DNA of 43,784 bases from positions 1 to 43,784 of the forward strand of contig JAAXZE010000031.1 of assembly GCA_012720075.1 (NCBI GenBank). Direction: 5' to 3'. Below the pieces are notes generated by a model, which saw only the letters and a list, made by a program, of their open reading frames with translations, was not told the DNA's origin and ran no database searches. This stretch comes from Clostridia bacterium (GTDB lineage Bacteria; Bacillota; Peptococcia; Peptococcales; BICA1-8). A program made the position numbers and the translations under genes. Shown piece by piece: positions 1 through 9,759 of the stretch (position 1 is its first letter; each line of letters begins with the position of its first letter).

Positions 1-37
1 ACAGCTATGGTCCGGGAAAGGGGAATCCCCGTTTGCC

Positions 38-322
38 ATGAGTGATGCGTTGGGGTTTATTGAAACATATAGCTTAGTATCGGTTCTGGAAGCTGCTGAT
101 GCCATGTGCAAGGCTGCCGATGTGGAACTGGTCGGTTATGAGAATGTAGCTTCCGGTTTAATTTCTGTTGTTGTCCGGGGTGACCTGGCTGCGGTGCAGA
201 GGGCAGTAGACGCCGGAGTCAAAGAAGCCGGCAAGGTGGGAAAGGTTTACAGCTATAATGTCATCGCCAGGCCTCATCCCGACGTGGAAAAAATTGTCGC
301 CAAATACGTTATCGATTGGTGA
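38..322 (+). CDS. BMC-H microcompartment shell protein (PduA/EutM type)
   Basis: 94 aa. Canonical BMC-domain pattern: LGFIET..LVSVLEAADAMCKAADVELVG...ASGLISVVVRGDLAAVQRAVDAG...VIARPH. First gene of the co-directional BMC operon. Confidence 0.9.
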   Translation: MSDALGFIETYSLVSVLEAADAMCKAADVELVGYENVASGLISVVVRGDLAAVQRAVDAGVKEAGKVGKVYSYNVIARPHPDVEKIVAKYVIDW

Positions 323-350
323 AAATTAAGTTTTTTATCTTGTGGTTTAA

Positions 351-1868
351 ATGGGAAAGGGGGAACTTGAATTGAGTAGAATTGACAATGATTTACTCTC
401 TGTACAAGAGGCTCGTATTCTTGTGGAAAACGCCCGCGAGGCCCAGAAGATACTGGCCGTTTTCCCTCAGGAAAAGCTGGACATAATCGTTCAGAATATG
501 GCTGAAGAAGTATCTAAATTAGCTAAGGAACTTGCCATAATGGCCCATGAAGAAACGGGTTTTGGCAAATGGCAGGATAAATATATCAAAAATGTTTTTG
601 CCAGTGATTTTCTATACAAAAAAATCAGGGATATGAAAGTTGTCGGTATTATTGATGAAGACAAGGAAAATCAGACAATGGACATTGGAGTCCCCGTAGG
701 AGTGATTGTAGCCTTACCCCCTTCGACTAATCCTGTTTCCACTACAATCTATAAAGCCTTGATTGCCATAAAATCCGGAAACGCAATCATCTTTTCCCCC
801 CATCCCAAGGCAAAAAAAACCATTACCAGAACTCTGGATATATTGATAAAAGCTGCTGAAGAAGCCGGATTGCCTTGTGGAGCCATCGGGTATTTGCGAA
901 CAATAGCCTATGAAGGCACCGTTTCCTTAATGAATCACAAAGATACGGCATTAATTTTGGCGACAGGAGTGCCTAAACTGGCTGAAGCGGCTTATAAATC
1001 GGGGAAACCGGTCATTTATGGCGGCCCCGGTAACGGGCCGGTCTTTATTGAACGTTCCGCTGATATAAAAAAGGCCGTGGAAAATATTATTGCCAGCAAA
1101 ACTTTTGATAACGGGATTGTAGCGGCCTCGGAGCAGTCAATCGTTGCCGAGGAATGTATTGCTCAGGAAGTAAAACGGGAATTTGAGAAAAACGGTGGAT
1201 ATTTCATGTCGGAAAAAGAAGCGGCAGAGCTTGGCAAGTTGCTTTTAGGCCTCGACGGAAGAATAAATCCCGAAAGTGTAGGTAAATCGGCTTTAGAGTT
1301 GGCTAAAAGAGCCAATTTCCGTGTTCCTGCCGATACCAAAGTTTTGATTTCCGAACAAAAATATGTATCCCCTGATAATCCCTATTCCCGAGAAAAACTA
1401 TGTCCAGTTCTGGCTTTCTATGTTGAGAAAGACTGGAAGAATGCCTGCGAAAAATGCATAGAACTGCTTATTAATGAAGGCATGGGTCACACTTTGGTCA
1501 TTCACTCCAAAAATGAGAGTGTTATTAGAGAATTTGCCTTAAAAAAACCTGTATCAAGGGTGCTGGTAAATACTCCTGCCTCTTTAGGCGGAATAGGTGT
1601 TACAACCAACCTTTTTCCCGCCTTAACTTTAGGTTGCGGTACGGCCGGTGGAGGATATATCTCTGACAATGTCTCGCCTAAAAACTTGATTAATATCCGT
1701 AAAGTCGGTTATGGTGTTCGTCAGCTTGATGAGATAACCCCCAAAATTCGGTCAGAGGAAGTTGGCAAACTGAATTGTAACAGCTATTTGGCTAAAGGGA
1801 GTTCGGCTGAAGAAAGTTATGATATCAAAGAATTTTTAGATAAATTGCTTGACCAACTGGAACTGTAA
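351..1868 (+). CDS. Acylating aldehyde dehydrogenase paralog 1 (AdhE-N-terminal/EutE-PduP superfamily). The catalytic Cys position is Ala, so it may be a pseudoenzyme. It carries a C-terminal amphipathic tail.
   Basis: Conserved blocks PSTNPVSTTIYKALIAIKSGNAIIFSPHP, GPGNGP, LGCGTAGGG. The nucleophile motif reads FDNGIVAASEQS, against FDNGTICASEQA in the paralog at 11621. The C-terminal extension of roughly 50 aa ends YDIKEFLDKLLDQLEL. An alternative in-frame start is TTG 372, 8 nt after AAGGGGGA; it would bring residue numbering into register with paralog 2. Confidence 0.85.
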   Translation: MGKGELELSRIDNDLLSVQEARILVENAREAQKILAVFPQEKLDIIVQNMAEEVSKLAKELAIMAHEETGFGKWQDKYIKNVFASDFLYKKIRDMKVVGIIDEDKENQTMDIGVPVGVIVALPPSTNPVSTTIYKALIAIKSGNAIIFSPHPKAKKTITRTLDILIKAAEEAGLPCGAIGYLRTIAYEGTVSLMNHKDTALILATGVPKLAEAAYKSGKPVIYGGPGNGPVFIERSADIKKAVENIIASKTFDNGIVAASEQSIVAEECIAQEVKREFEKNGGYFMSEKEAAELGKLLLGLDGRINPESVGKSALELAKRANFRVPADTKVLISEQKYVSPDNPYSREKLCPVLAFYVEKDWKNACEKCIELLINEGMGHTLVIHSKNESVIREFALKKPVSRVLVNTPASLGGIGVTTNLFPALTLGCGTAGGGYISDNVSPKNLINIRKVGYGVRQLDEITPKIRSEEVGKLNCNSYLAKGSSAEESYDIKEFLDKLLDQLEL

Positions 1869-1916
1869 AGGATAAAGCAACAAGTAAAGTCCGTCGAGAA
1901 AAAGGAGGGAAACGGC

Positions 1917-4457
1917 TTGGAACTCAAGGAGTTTACAAATAAATTTGCCGCTGCCACTAAACATTTATCCCCCGAAGAAAAGGCTGCAATTATGAAGGTC
2001 TTTCAGGGGATTTCTCAGGAATTGGCCGGAAAAAAAACAAAAGATATTGAGAAAAAAACCCCTGCAGTTGACGGCGAAATTACAGGAATGACGCCGCGTA
2101 TTGAACGCTTGCGGGCCAACTATATGAAAGCAAAGCCTAGTGTTACTGTTCATCGGGCCAGGGCTTATACAGAGGTGACTAAAAAATATTTTGGCCTGCC
2201 CAAAATCCTTCTCCGGGCCAAGTGCTTTAGAAAAGCCTGTGAGACAGCACCGCTGTTAATTCAAAAGGATGAGTTGATTGTGGGGCATCCCTGCGGTAAA
2301 CCAAGGGCCGGTGCTGTATCGCCGGATATTGCCTGGCGATGGGTAAGGGATGAGTTGGACACCATGTCCACCAGGCCTCAAGACCCTTATGAAATCAGCG
2401 AAGAAGATAAGCGGATTTTAAGGGAGGAGATTTTTCCTTTCTGGGAAGGCCGCAGCGTAGATGAAATTTGCCAGCAACAATATGAGGAAGCCGGGATATG
2501 GTCATTCTGCGGGGAAGCCTTTGTCTGTGACTTGTCCTACCACCAGGTTAACGGCGGAGGAGACACCTGCCCGGGCTACGACATAATCCTCATTAAAAAA
2601 GGAATACTCGGTATCAGAAAGGAAGCCGAAGATAGACTAAGCAAACTGTCCATGGAAAATCCTGAGGATATCGATAAGATTTACTTCTATAAAGCGGAAA
2701 TTGAGACCTGTGACGGTATTCTGGCTTATGCCAAACGTCTTTCCGATTATGCCGCTGAGCTGGCTCAGCGAGAAACGGACGAAGCAAGAAAGCAGGAATT
2801 GTATAAAATTTCCGATATACTGGCCCATGTACCGGCTAATCCACCCAGAACCTTCTATGAAGCTTTGCAGTCTGTTTGGACTTTGCAATCTCTCTTCGTA
2901 CTGGAAGAAAACCAAACGGGTATTTCTCTGGGCCGCATGGATCAGTACCTTTATCCTTTTTACAAAGCCGATCTGGAAGCCGGACGCATGACCAAATTGG
3001 AAGCTTTTGAATTATTGAGTTGTTTTTTAATTAAATGCTCCGAAGTAATGTGGCTATCCAGTGAAGCAGGCTCGAAGTATTTTGCCGGTTATCAACCCTT
3101 TATCAATTTAACCGTTGGTGGGCAGAAAAGAACCGGCGGAGACGCAACCAATGATTTAACTTATTTGATAATGGATGCCGTTCGCTTTACCAAGGTGTAT
3201 CAGCCATCCCTGGCTTGTCGCATTCATAATAAATCTCCCCAAAAATATTTAAAGAAAATTGTTGATGTTGTAAAAGCAGGGTTGGGCTTTCCGGCCTGCC
3301 ATTTTGATGACGCCCATATAAAAATGATGCTGGCCAAAGGATTTAGTATTGAAGACGCCCGGGATTATTGTCTAATGGGCTGTGTTGAACCGCAAAAATC
3401 GGGCCGCATCTATCAGTGGACCTCCACCGGATACACTCAATGGCCCATTGCCATCGAATTTGTATTAAACCGGGGGATTATGAAATGGCACAAGACCAAA
3501 CAAGGGCTGGATACCGGAGATCTGGACAATTTCAAAACCTATGAAGAGTTTGATGCTGCCGTCAAAAAACAAATCGAACATATTATTCGTTTATCGGCTA
3601 TAGGAACCATTATTAGCCAGAGGGTTCACAGGGATCATGCTCCCAAACCATTGATGTCCCTTTTAGTGGAAGGCTGTATGGAAAAGGGCAAGGATGTTAC
3701 CAGTGGTGGAGCACTGATAAATTTCGGACCGGGATTGATTTTCTCTGGTTTGGGAACCTATGCCGATTCCATGGCGGCTATTAAAAAGCTGGTCTTTGAT
3801 GAAAAGAAATATACCCTTAAACAAATCAGAGATGCTTTGGACGCCAATTTCGAAGGTTATGAGGAATTGCGCAAAGATTGTCTGAATGCTCCCAAATATG
3901 GTAATGACGATGATTTTGTTGATGAAATTGCTGCTGATTTGATTGTTTGGACCGAGCGGGTCCATAACAGGTTTAAAATGCTTTATTCCCATTTTTCCCA
4001 CGGCACACTGTCTATTTCCAATAACACTCCTATCGGTGAGATTACCGGTGCCACACCTAACGGTCGTTTGGCCTGGACACCTTTATCGGACGGAATTAGT
4101 CCTACTCAAGGTGCCGATAAATTAGGGCCGACAGCCATCATTAAATCGGTTAGTAAGCTAAATGTGGAAGCTATGAATATCGGTATGGTGCATAACTTCA
4201 AACTGTTAAAGGGTATTTTGGAGACTCCGGAAGGAGAGAACGGTTTGATAAATTTGCTAAGAACCGCCTCTATTCTTGGCAATGGGCAGATGCAGTTCAG
4301 CTATGTTGACAATGAGGTTTTGAAAAAAGCCCAGCTTGAACCGGAAAAGTACAGGGATTTGATAATTCGAGTGGCCGGATATAGCGCCTACTTTGTAGAG
4401 CTTTGCAAAGAAGTACAGGATGAAATAATCAGCAGAACGGTTCTGGACCGTTTTTAA
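1917..4457 (+). CDS. cutC: Choline trimethylamine-lyase (glycyl radical enzyme)
   Basis: 846 aa, TTG start 7 nt after AGGAGGG. Glycyl-radical motif RVAGYSAYF with Gly at residue 821. Thiyl loop GCVEP with Cys489/Glu491. Tyr208, Asp216 (NGGGD), Phe395 (GYQPF) and Thr502 (QWTS) counted directly from the translation. They fall on the numbering I recall for Desulfovibrio alaskensis CutC choline-binding residues. Confidence 0.9.
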   Translation: MELKEFTNKFAAATKHLSPEEKAAIMKVFQGISQELAGKKTKDIEKKTPAVDGEITGMTPRIERLRANYMKAKPSVTVHRARAYTEVTKKYFGLPKILLRAKCFRKACETAPLLIQKDELIVGHPCGKPRAGAVSPDIAWRWVRDELDTMSTRPQDPYEISEEDKRILREEIFPFWEGRSVDEICQQQYEEAGIWSFCGEAFVCDLSYHQVNGGGDTCPGYDIILIKKGILGIRKEAEDRLSKLSMENPEDIDKIYFYKAEIETCDGILAYAKRLSDYAAELAQRETDEARKQELYKISDILAHVPANPPRTFYEALQSVWTLQSLFVLEENQTGISLGRMDQYLYPFYKADLEAGRMTKLEAFELLSCFLIKCSEVMWLSSEAGSKYFAGYQPFINLTVGGQKRTGGDATNDLTYLIMDAVRFTKVYQPSLACRIHNKSPQKYLKKIVDVVKAGLGFPACHFDDAHIKMMLAKGFSIEDARDYCLMGCVEPQKSGRIYQWTSTGYTQWPIAIEFVLNRGIMKWHKTKQGLDTGDLDNFKTYEEFDAAVKKQIEHIIRLSAIGTIISQRVHRDHAPKPLMSLLVEGCMEKGKDVTSGGALINFGPGLIFSGLGTYADSMAAIKKLVFDEKKYTLKQIRDALDANFEGYEELRKDCLNAPKYGNDDDFVDEIAADLIVWTERVHNRFKMLYSHFSHGTLSISNNTPIGEITGATPNGRLAWTPLSDGISPTQGADKLGPTAIIKSVSKLNVEAMNIGMVHNFKLLKGILETPEGENGLINLLRTASILGNGQMQFSYVDNEVLKKAQLEPEKYRDLIIRVAGYSAYFVELCKEVQDEIISRTVLDRF

Positions 4458-4525
4458 TCCATGATCGCACCTTTTGTCAAGCTCAAAGGGGTCTGAATGG
4501 ATCTTAGCTTTGGCGGTTTTAGGGG

Positions 4526-5515
4526 ATGAACACAATGACTATTGTAACCAACGGCATAGAAAGAAAAGGGAGAATATTCAATATTCAAAAATATTCCATC
4601 TACGATGGACCAGGGATTCGAACCTTGATTTTTTTCAAAGGTTGTCCTCTAAGATGTAAATGGTGTTCAAACCCGGAGGGACTGGAAAGAAAATATCAGG
4701 TTATGTTCCAGGCAAATTTATGTACCCACTGCGGCAGTTGTATCCCTGTTTGTCCTGCTTATATCCATTATTTCTCGGAGCAGGGCGAGGGGTTGTTTCA
4801 GGCTGACGCTGTAAAACCGGTGCACAAAATAAACAGAAACATTGACTGTATTGGTTGCCGGAAATGCGAAACGGCTTGCCCCAGCCAGGCCTTATCCATT
4901 GCCGGTATGGATAAAACCGTTTCCGAGGTTATGCAGGTTATAGAACAGGATTTGCTTTTCTATCAAATTTCAGGGGGAGGAGTGACTCTGGGCGGAGGAG
5001 AGGTTAGTACCCAGCCGGAATTTGCCGCCAATATCTTGTCAGAATGCCAGCGTATGGGCATTCACACGGCTATTGAAACCTGTGGTTATGCCAAACTGGA
5101 TTGCATGCTCATGCTGGCCCGGTTTACCGATTTAATTTTGTATGACATTAAACACATCGATTCGGAAAAACATTATGAGCTCACAGGAGTCCGTAATGAA
5201 CGCATTCTGGATAATCTTACGGAGCTTTTGCGTCGAGGTTTTAACGTCAGGATCAGAATGCCCCTTATCAAAGGTTTGAATGACAGTGAAAAAACTATTC
5301 AGAGGACAATGGAATTTTTGCAATCCTTAAGAAATTATAAAAACTTCCTGGGAGTTGACCTTCTCCCCTATCATAAACTGGGTATCAACAAATACAAGCA
5401 ATTGGACATGGAGTATGCTATCACCGAAGATTTAAGCTACCGAGATGAGGAACTGGTTAAAATCGGTGAGTTCATAAAAGGTTACGGCCTGCAGGCGGAA
5501 ATTATCAGGCATTAA
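4526..5515 (+). CDS. cutD: Glycyl-radical enzyme activating enzyme (radical SAM)
   Basis: [12 protein letters not shown] radical-SAM CxxxCxxC motif. Two ferredoxin-like motifs, [12 protein letters not shown] and [15 protein letters not shown]-binding [10 protein letters not shown]. Directly downstream of cutC. ATG 4535 is an alternative start with better spacing from the GGGG purine run. Confidence 0.9.
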   Translation: MNTMTIVTNGIERKGRIFNIQKYSIYDGPGIRTLIFFKGCPLRCKWCSNPEGLERKYQVMFQANLCTHCGSCIPVCPAYIHYFSEQGEGLFQADAVKPVHKINRNIDCIGCRKCETACPSQALSIAGMDKTVSEVMQVIEQDLLFYQISGGGVTLGGGEVSTQPEFAANILSECQRMGIHTAIETCGYAKLDCMLMLARFTDLILYDIKHIDSEKHYELTGVRNERILDNLTELLRRGFNVRIRMPLIKGLNDSEKTIQRTMEFLQSLRNYKNFLGVDLLPYHKLGINKYKQLDMEYAITEDLSYRDEELVKIGEFIKGYGLQAEIIRH

Positions 5516-5537
5516 CGGTATCTTACGGAGGGATTTT

Positions 5538-5891
5538 ATGAGCGGAGCCAAGGAATTTGAAAAACAACGTATTATCCAGGAATCTGTACCTGGCAAGCAG
5601 GTTACACTGGCTCATATCATAGCTTCTCCGGCCCTGGATCTTTATGAACGTCTGGGAATTGAGAAAGCAGGGGCCATTGGCATATCAACTCTGACTCCTT
5701 GTGAAACGGCAATTATTGCCGCGGATATAGCGACCAAGGCCTCTGACGTGGAGATTGGTTTTCTGGACCGGTTCACAGGGTCATTGGTTATCTACGGGGA
5801 TGTGGCCAGTGTCGAAACAGCCATGCTGGCCATCAATGATATTTTGGAAAATTTGTTAGGGTTTACCCCGGCAAAGATTACCCGCACATGA
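5538..5891 (+). CDS. Circularly permuted BMC-H shell protein (EutS/PduU type)
   Basis: 117 aa. N-terminal [21 protein letters not shown] and [21 protein letters not shown] closely match the EutS/PduU pattern. Confidence 0.85.
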   Translation: MSGAKEFEKQRIIQESVPGKQVTLAHIIASPALDLYERLGIEKAGAIGISTLTPCETAIIAADIATKASDVEIGFLDRFTGSLVIYGDVASVETAMLAINDILENLLGFTPAKITRT

Positions 5892-6376
5892 AAAAAAGAA
5901 TTATGATAATCGGACCGACCCAGTCCGGCAAAACCAGTCTGGTTAATGCCTTAGAAAATACCAATCGACCGTTAATAAAAACCCAGGACGTTATTTATGG
6001 AAAAAAGACCATAGAAACACCAGGTTCATATATTGAAAACCCTTCCATGTACAGGTACCTGATTGCCATTGCCCAGGACGCATCCCATGTGCTTTTATTA
6101 ATCGATCCATCAAGACTTATGGAGGTTTATCCGCCGGGTTTCGCCAAAGCCTTTAATTGTCCTGTGAGCGGAGTTATTACCAAGATTGATTTGGCTGGGC
6201 AAAACGCTGATTGGGCCTATCGACAGATGAAAAAAATAGGGGTTAATGAACCATATTTCAGTCTTTCTTTTAAGGACAATACCGGAGTGGAAGCTTTAAA
6301 AAACTACCTGTCGGCAAATGAACTCAGGGGAGGTGGGCTAGGAGATGAAGTTCTTAACGGAAATGGAACTGCGTGA
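5888..6376 (+). CDS. EutP/PduV-family small GTPase-like BMC-associated protein
   Basis: P-loop [14 protein letters not shown]. Size and TKIDL motif are typical of EutP/PduV. ATGA start/stop overlap with the upstream gene. Confidence 0.85.
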   Translation: MKKRIMIIGPTQSGKTSLVNALENTNRPLIKTQDVIYGKKTIETPGSYIENPSMYRYLIAIAQDASHVLLLIDPSRLMEVYPPGFAKAFNCPVSGVITKIDLAGQNADWAYRQMKKIGVNEPYFSLSFKDNTGVEALKNYLSANELRGGGLGDEVLNGNGTA

Positions 6377-6980
6377 TTTATACAATAAAGAATCCTTTGC
6401 TACTTTCGTTTTGCAGCAGGATGTAAGGATTACACCGGGGGCTCGCCAATTTCTCATGGATAGAAAAATTAAACTTATCGAAAGTCCCGCCAATAACCGG
6501 AAACCCAAAGAAAAAACGGTGCAAGGCCCAGATAGCTTAAATACCCTGAGACTGCCCATATTATTGGAAAAAATAAATTCTTTGTTTCTGCTGGTTGCTG
6601 CTGAGATATTGCACTCCGGTGATACTGCTTTGGCGAAAAAAGTTATGCTTTTGGCTAAATGTTTTCAAAAAATACAGAAAGCCGAACAACAGCAGATAGT
6701 ATTAGAACAATTGCAATTTTTGGGTTTAGCTGAAGAAATAGAGAACCAATGGGAAGATATTGAGATTACTCAAACCCATCTGGGCCTAAAAAACGGGCGA
6801 GAGATCGCTTGGTTAAACTATTTGCGGGTCTCCCTGCAAGAAGCCGAATTAGCCATAAGGGAAGCCTATTGGGATGAACAAAAACAAAGATGTTCACGGC
6901 AGGATCTTATCGACGGGGTTAATCTGGTAATTAGCCTGGTTGATGTAATAATGAAGAAATGTCTAGGAGGAACAAAATGA
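6345..6980 (+). CDS. BMC-locus protein of unknown function with an EutQ/EutT-type N-terminal motif
   Basis: 211 aa. ATG preceded by AGGAG. The N-terminus [39 protein letters not shown] resembles the N-terminus of the EutQ-like ORF at 10349. The rest is predicted helical with no recognisable catalytic motif. Confidence 0.55.
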   Translation: MKFLTEMELRDLYNKESFATFVLQQDVRITPGARQFLMDRKIKLIESPANNRKPKEKTVQGPDSLNTLRLPILLEKINSLFLLVAAEILHSGDTALAKKVMLLAKCFQKIQKAEQQQIVLEQLQFLGLAEEIENQWEDIEITQTHLGLKNGREIAWLNYLRVSLQEAELAIREAYWDEQKQRCSRQDLIDGVNLVISLVDVIMKKCLGGTK

Positions 6981-7819
6981 CTGCAAAAAATTCGGCTTTT
7001 CAATATTGTGACCGGCTTGTTGGTGATTTTGAGAAAGTAATAAAAGAACCTATATTAAATAAATCATCTGTTTATTACACCGGTGTGGATTTAGGGACAG
7101 CCTACATTGTACTGGCTGTTCTTGATGAGAATTTCAAGCCCGTTGCCGGAGCCTATCGTTATGCCAGTGTAGTTAAAGACGGCATGGTGGTGGATTATAT
7201 CGGCGCCATTAACATTGTCAAGGAGTTAAAACAAGAACTGGAACAGAAATTGGGTACTGAATTGGTTTATGCCGCAACTGCCCTCCCGCCGGGTACCTTT
7301 AGTCTTGATTCGGGAGTAATAAAACATGTTATACAGGGAGCCGGTTTTGAAATTACCAATATTTTGGATGAGCCGACAGCAGCAAATGCAGTACTCAAAC
7401 TAAAAGACGGGGCTATTGTCGATATCGGGGGAGGCACCACCGGGATTGCCGTCTTAAAAGACGGGAAAGTAGTTTATATAGCTGACGAACCTACCGGAGG
7501 CATTCACTTTTCCCTTGTTATTGCCGGCGCCTATAAACTAAGTTTTGACGAGGCAGATGAGTATAAGCGGGATTATAAAAATCATAGGGAGTTGATTCCC
7601 GTGGTGAAACCTGTTATAGAGAAGATTTCCTCGATTATTACAAGGCAAATTGCCGATTATCAGGTTAAAGAAATTTACCTGGTAGGTGGAACCAGTTGTT
7701 TCACCGGAATTGAGGAGATAATTGCCAAACAAACCAATATTCCGACTTATAAACCGCAAAATCCTATGTTTGTAACTCCTTTAGGCATCGCCCTTAACTG
7801 TACCCAAAAAAGCCTTTAA
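6977..7819 (+). CDS. eutJ: EutJ-like Hsp70/actin-fold chaperone
   Basis: VDLGTAYIVLAVLD phosphate-1 motif and DIGGGTTGIAVL phosphate-2 motif. AGGAGG lies 7 nt before ATG 6977. The ORF track extends to 6959. Confidence 0.85.
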   Translation: MTAKNSAFQYCDRLVGDFEKVIKEPILNKSSVYYTGVDLGTAYIVLAVLDENFKPVAGAYRYASVVKDGMVVDYIGAINIVKELKQELEQKLGTELVYAATALPPGTFSLDSGVIKHVIQGAGFEITNILDEPTAANAVLKLKDGAIVDIGGGTTGIAVLKDGKVVYIADEPTGGIHFSLVIAGAYKLSFDEADEYKRDYKNHRELIPVVKPVIEKISSIITRQIADYQVKEIYLVGGTSCFTGIEEIIAKQTNIPTYKPQNPMFVTPLGIALNCTQKSL

Positions 7820-7837
7820 ATAGGAGTGTGTTTACCG

Positions 7838-8146
7838 ATGGAGTACCGAATAATAAAGTCTCCTTCGCTGGGAACATTGGAGATTCTCTCTCGAAGAAGC
7901 TCCCCTTCGAATATCCCGGTTAAAGAATATGATGCGGTTGGTTTGGTGCAAGGGCGGCTGATTGACATGGTTATTGCCGCCGATATAGCCGAAAAGGCGG
8001 CCGAGGTGGTAGTGACGGACATAAAAGGTCATTGTCCCCAAAATTTTATTATGCTGGCTATTTTCGGTGATACAGCGTCGGTGGAAACAGCTATCGACCG
8101 GATTAAAGAAAAGCTTAATACATTGAAAAAGGGTGAAACCTTATGA
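7838..8146 (+). CDS. Divergent circularly permuted BMC-H shell protein with a His-Cys-Pro pore loop
   Basis: The core AVGLVQGRLIDMVIAADIAEKAAEVVVTDIKGHCPQNFIMLAIFGDTASVETAIDRI aligns to the BMC domain. The strand normally at the C-terminus (V.VIPRPH) appears N-terminally as YRIIKSPS. ATG 7838 lies 11 nt after AGGAG. The ORF track starts at GTG 7826. Confidence 0.65.
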   Translation: MEYRIIKSPSLGTLEILSRRSSPSNIPVKEYDAVGLVQGRLIDMVIAADIAEKAAEVVVTDIKGHCPQNFIMLAIFGDTASVETAIDRIKEKLNTLKKGETL

Positions 8147-8403
8147 TAGCAGCCAAAGTTATTGATAATATTTGGGCTACCAGAAAAGCGGAATCTCTTA
8201 GAGGACTGAAATTAATGTTAGTAGAAGTGCTGGGGGGGACGGAAGGCGGCCGTTTAATAATAGCTGCCGATACCATCGGCGCCGGCATTGGCGAGCGTGT
8301 TTTAGTGTGTACCGGCAGTTCAGCGCGGAAAATGATGGACAATGATAATATCCCTGTTGATGCCGTGATAGTAGGAATAATTGATGAAGACTGTACCTTT
8401 TAA
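8143..8403 (+). CDS. eutN: BMC-P pentameric vertex protein (EutN/PduN/CcmL family)
   Basis: 86 aa. MIAAKVIDNIWATRK...LKLMLVE...AADTIGAGIGERVLVCTGSSAR is typical of the EutN/CcmL family. Confidence 0.9.
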   Translation: MIAAKVIDNIWATRKAESLRGLKLMLVEVLGGTEGGRLIIAADTIGAGIGERVLVCTGSSARKMMDNDNIPVDAVIVGIIDEDCTF

Positions 8404-8424
8404 GAGATATGGGGGTGGCAAAAG

Positions 8425-9759
8425 TTGGATCTGCTAAACATTATCAAAGACGCGGGGGTTATCGGAGCAGGAGGAGCGGGTTTCCCAACCCATGCCAAAC
8501 TGACTTCCCAGGCCGAGTATGTGTTGCTAAACGGAGCGGAATGCGAGCCTCTGCTTAGAGTTGACCAGCAATTGCTGGCACAGTTCCCCGATGAAATCCT
8601 CCAAGGTTTGGACGCTGTAAGCAAACATATTAAAGCTAATAAAGCCATAATTGGCATCAAGGGCAAACACAAAAAGGTTATTGACATATTGCGGGACAGA
8701 ATTGCCGCTTTAGGGCTTGCAAACTACATGGAAGTCAAGGAACTTCCGGATATGTACCCTGCCGGTGATGAACAGGTTTTGGTCCATGAGCTGACCGGCA
8801 GAGTTGTTCCGGAAGGTTCCATACCCCTCAAAGTTGGCTGTGTGGTTATCAATGCAGAAACAGCCCTGAATGTCCGGGAAGCTTTAACCGGAAAGGCTGT
8901 TACGGAAACCTATATTACCGTTACAGGAGATATCCCCAACCCAATTACGGTCAAGGTTCCCGTTGGTATAGCGATTAAGGAAGTAATAGCCCATGGCGGG
9001 GTGGAGAATTTAGATGAATATGCAGTGATTGACGGTGGACCCATGATGGGTGCCGTCCTTAGTGATACTAACGGATATGTCACTAAGAAAAGCAAAGGTT
9101 ATGTGCTGTTGAAAAAAGATCATTATCTTATCAGAAAAAAATCGGTGACCACCGACCAGGCAAGGGTTATAAGCCGGGCAGCTTGTGAGCAGTGTCGGAT
9201 GTGTACTGATTTATGCCCCCGTTATCTACTGGGACACAGTATTCAACCTCATAAAATCATGCGGGCTTTAAACTATGATCTGGATGTAAATAAACAGCAA
9301 ATTGCTCAATTATGTTGTGAATGTAACGCTTGTGAGCTGTTTTCCTGTCCGGCCAATCTCCATCCCAAAACAATCAATGTTCTTTTTAAGCAAAAAATGG
9401 CCCGGCAAGGCATTAGATATCAACCGGAAGAAAAGGACTATCAAGCCAGATCTTTTCGAGAATATCGTCTTATTCCCAGTAAACGGCTGGTAGCAAAAAT
9501 GGGTTTAACGGCTTTCGATAGACCGGCTCCTTTGACTCAAATTGAGTTTAAACCTGAATACTTAAGTATTGCTTTACGGCAGCACATCGGAGCGCCTGCC
9601 ATTCCGGTTGTCTCAGTAGGAGAACATGTTAAAGCCGGGCAACTGATTGGCAAAATTCCGGAAAACAGCCTGGGGGCTACAGTCCATGCCAGTCTGGAGG
9701 GAACTGTTACCGAGATTACTGATAACGCAATTGTGATAAAGGTGGGTCCTTATGTATAA
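8425..9759 (+). CDS. PduS-like / RnfC-type flavo-iron-sulfur oxidoreductase
   Basis: GAGGAGFPTHAKL nucleotide-binding motif. Two 4Fe-4S motifs, CEQCRMCTDLCP and CCECNACELFSCP. BMC-locus context. Confidence 0.85.
   Translation: MDLLNIIKDAGVIGAGGAGFPTHAKLTSQAEYVLLNGAECEPLLRVDQQLLAQFPDEILQGLDAVSKHIKANKAIIGIKGKHKKVIDILRDRIAALGLANYMEVKELPDMYPAGDEQVLVHELTGRVVPEGSIPLKVGCVVINAETALNVREALTGKAVTETYITVTGDIPNPITVKVPVGIAIKEVIAHGGVENLDEYAVIDGGPMMGAVLSDTNGYVTKKSKGYVLLKKDHYLIRKKSVTTDQARVISRAACEQCRMCTDLCPRYLLGHSIQPHKIMRALNYDLDVNKQQIAQLCCECNACELFSCPANLHPKTINVLFKQKMARQGIRYQPEEKDYQARSFREYRLIPSKRLVAKMGLTAFDRPAPLTQIEFKPEYLSIALRQHIGAPAIPVVSVGEHVKAGQLIGKIPENSLGATVHASLEGTVTEITDNAIVIKVGPYV

Noticed and set aside
1917-4457. 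The GRE could be a 1,2-propanediol or glycerol dehydratase, since those also carry the GCVEP Cys/Glu loop.
   Set aside because: Asp216, Phe395 and Thr502 together with Tyr208 match the trimethylammonium-binding set I recall for CutC. In addition, a BCCT transporter lies adjacent.
1965-4535. Antisense or alternative-frame ORFs inside cutC (1965-2153, 2637-2915, 2701-2991, 3663-4001, 3943-4125, 4257-4535).
   Set aside because: They are fully embedded in a gene with very strong homology support. They lack RBS context and have the low-complexity composition typical of shadow ORFs.
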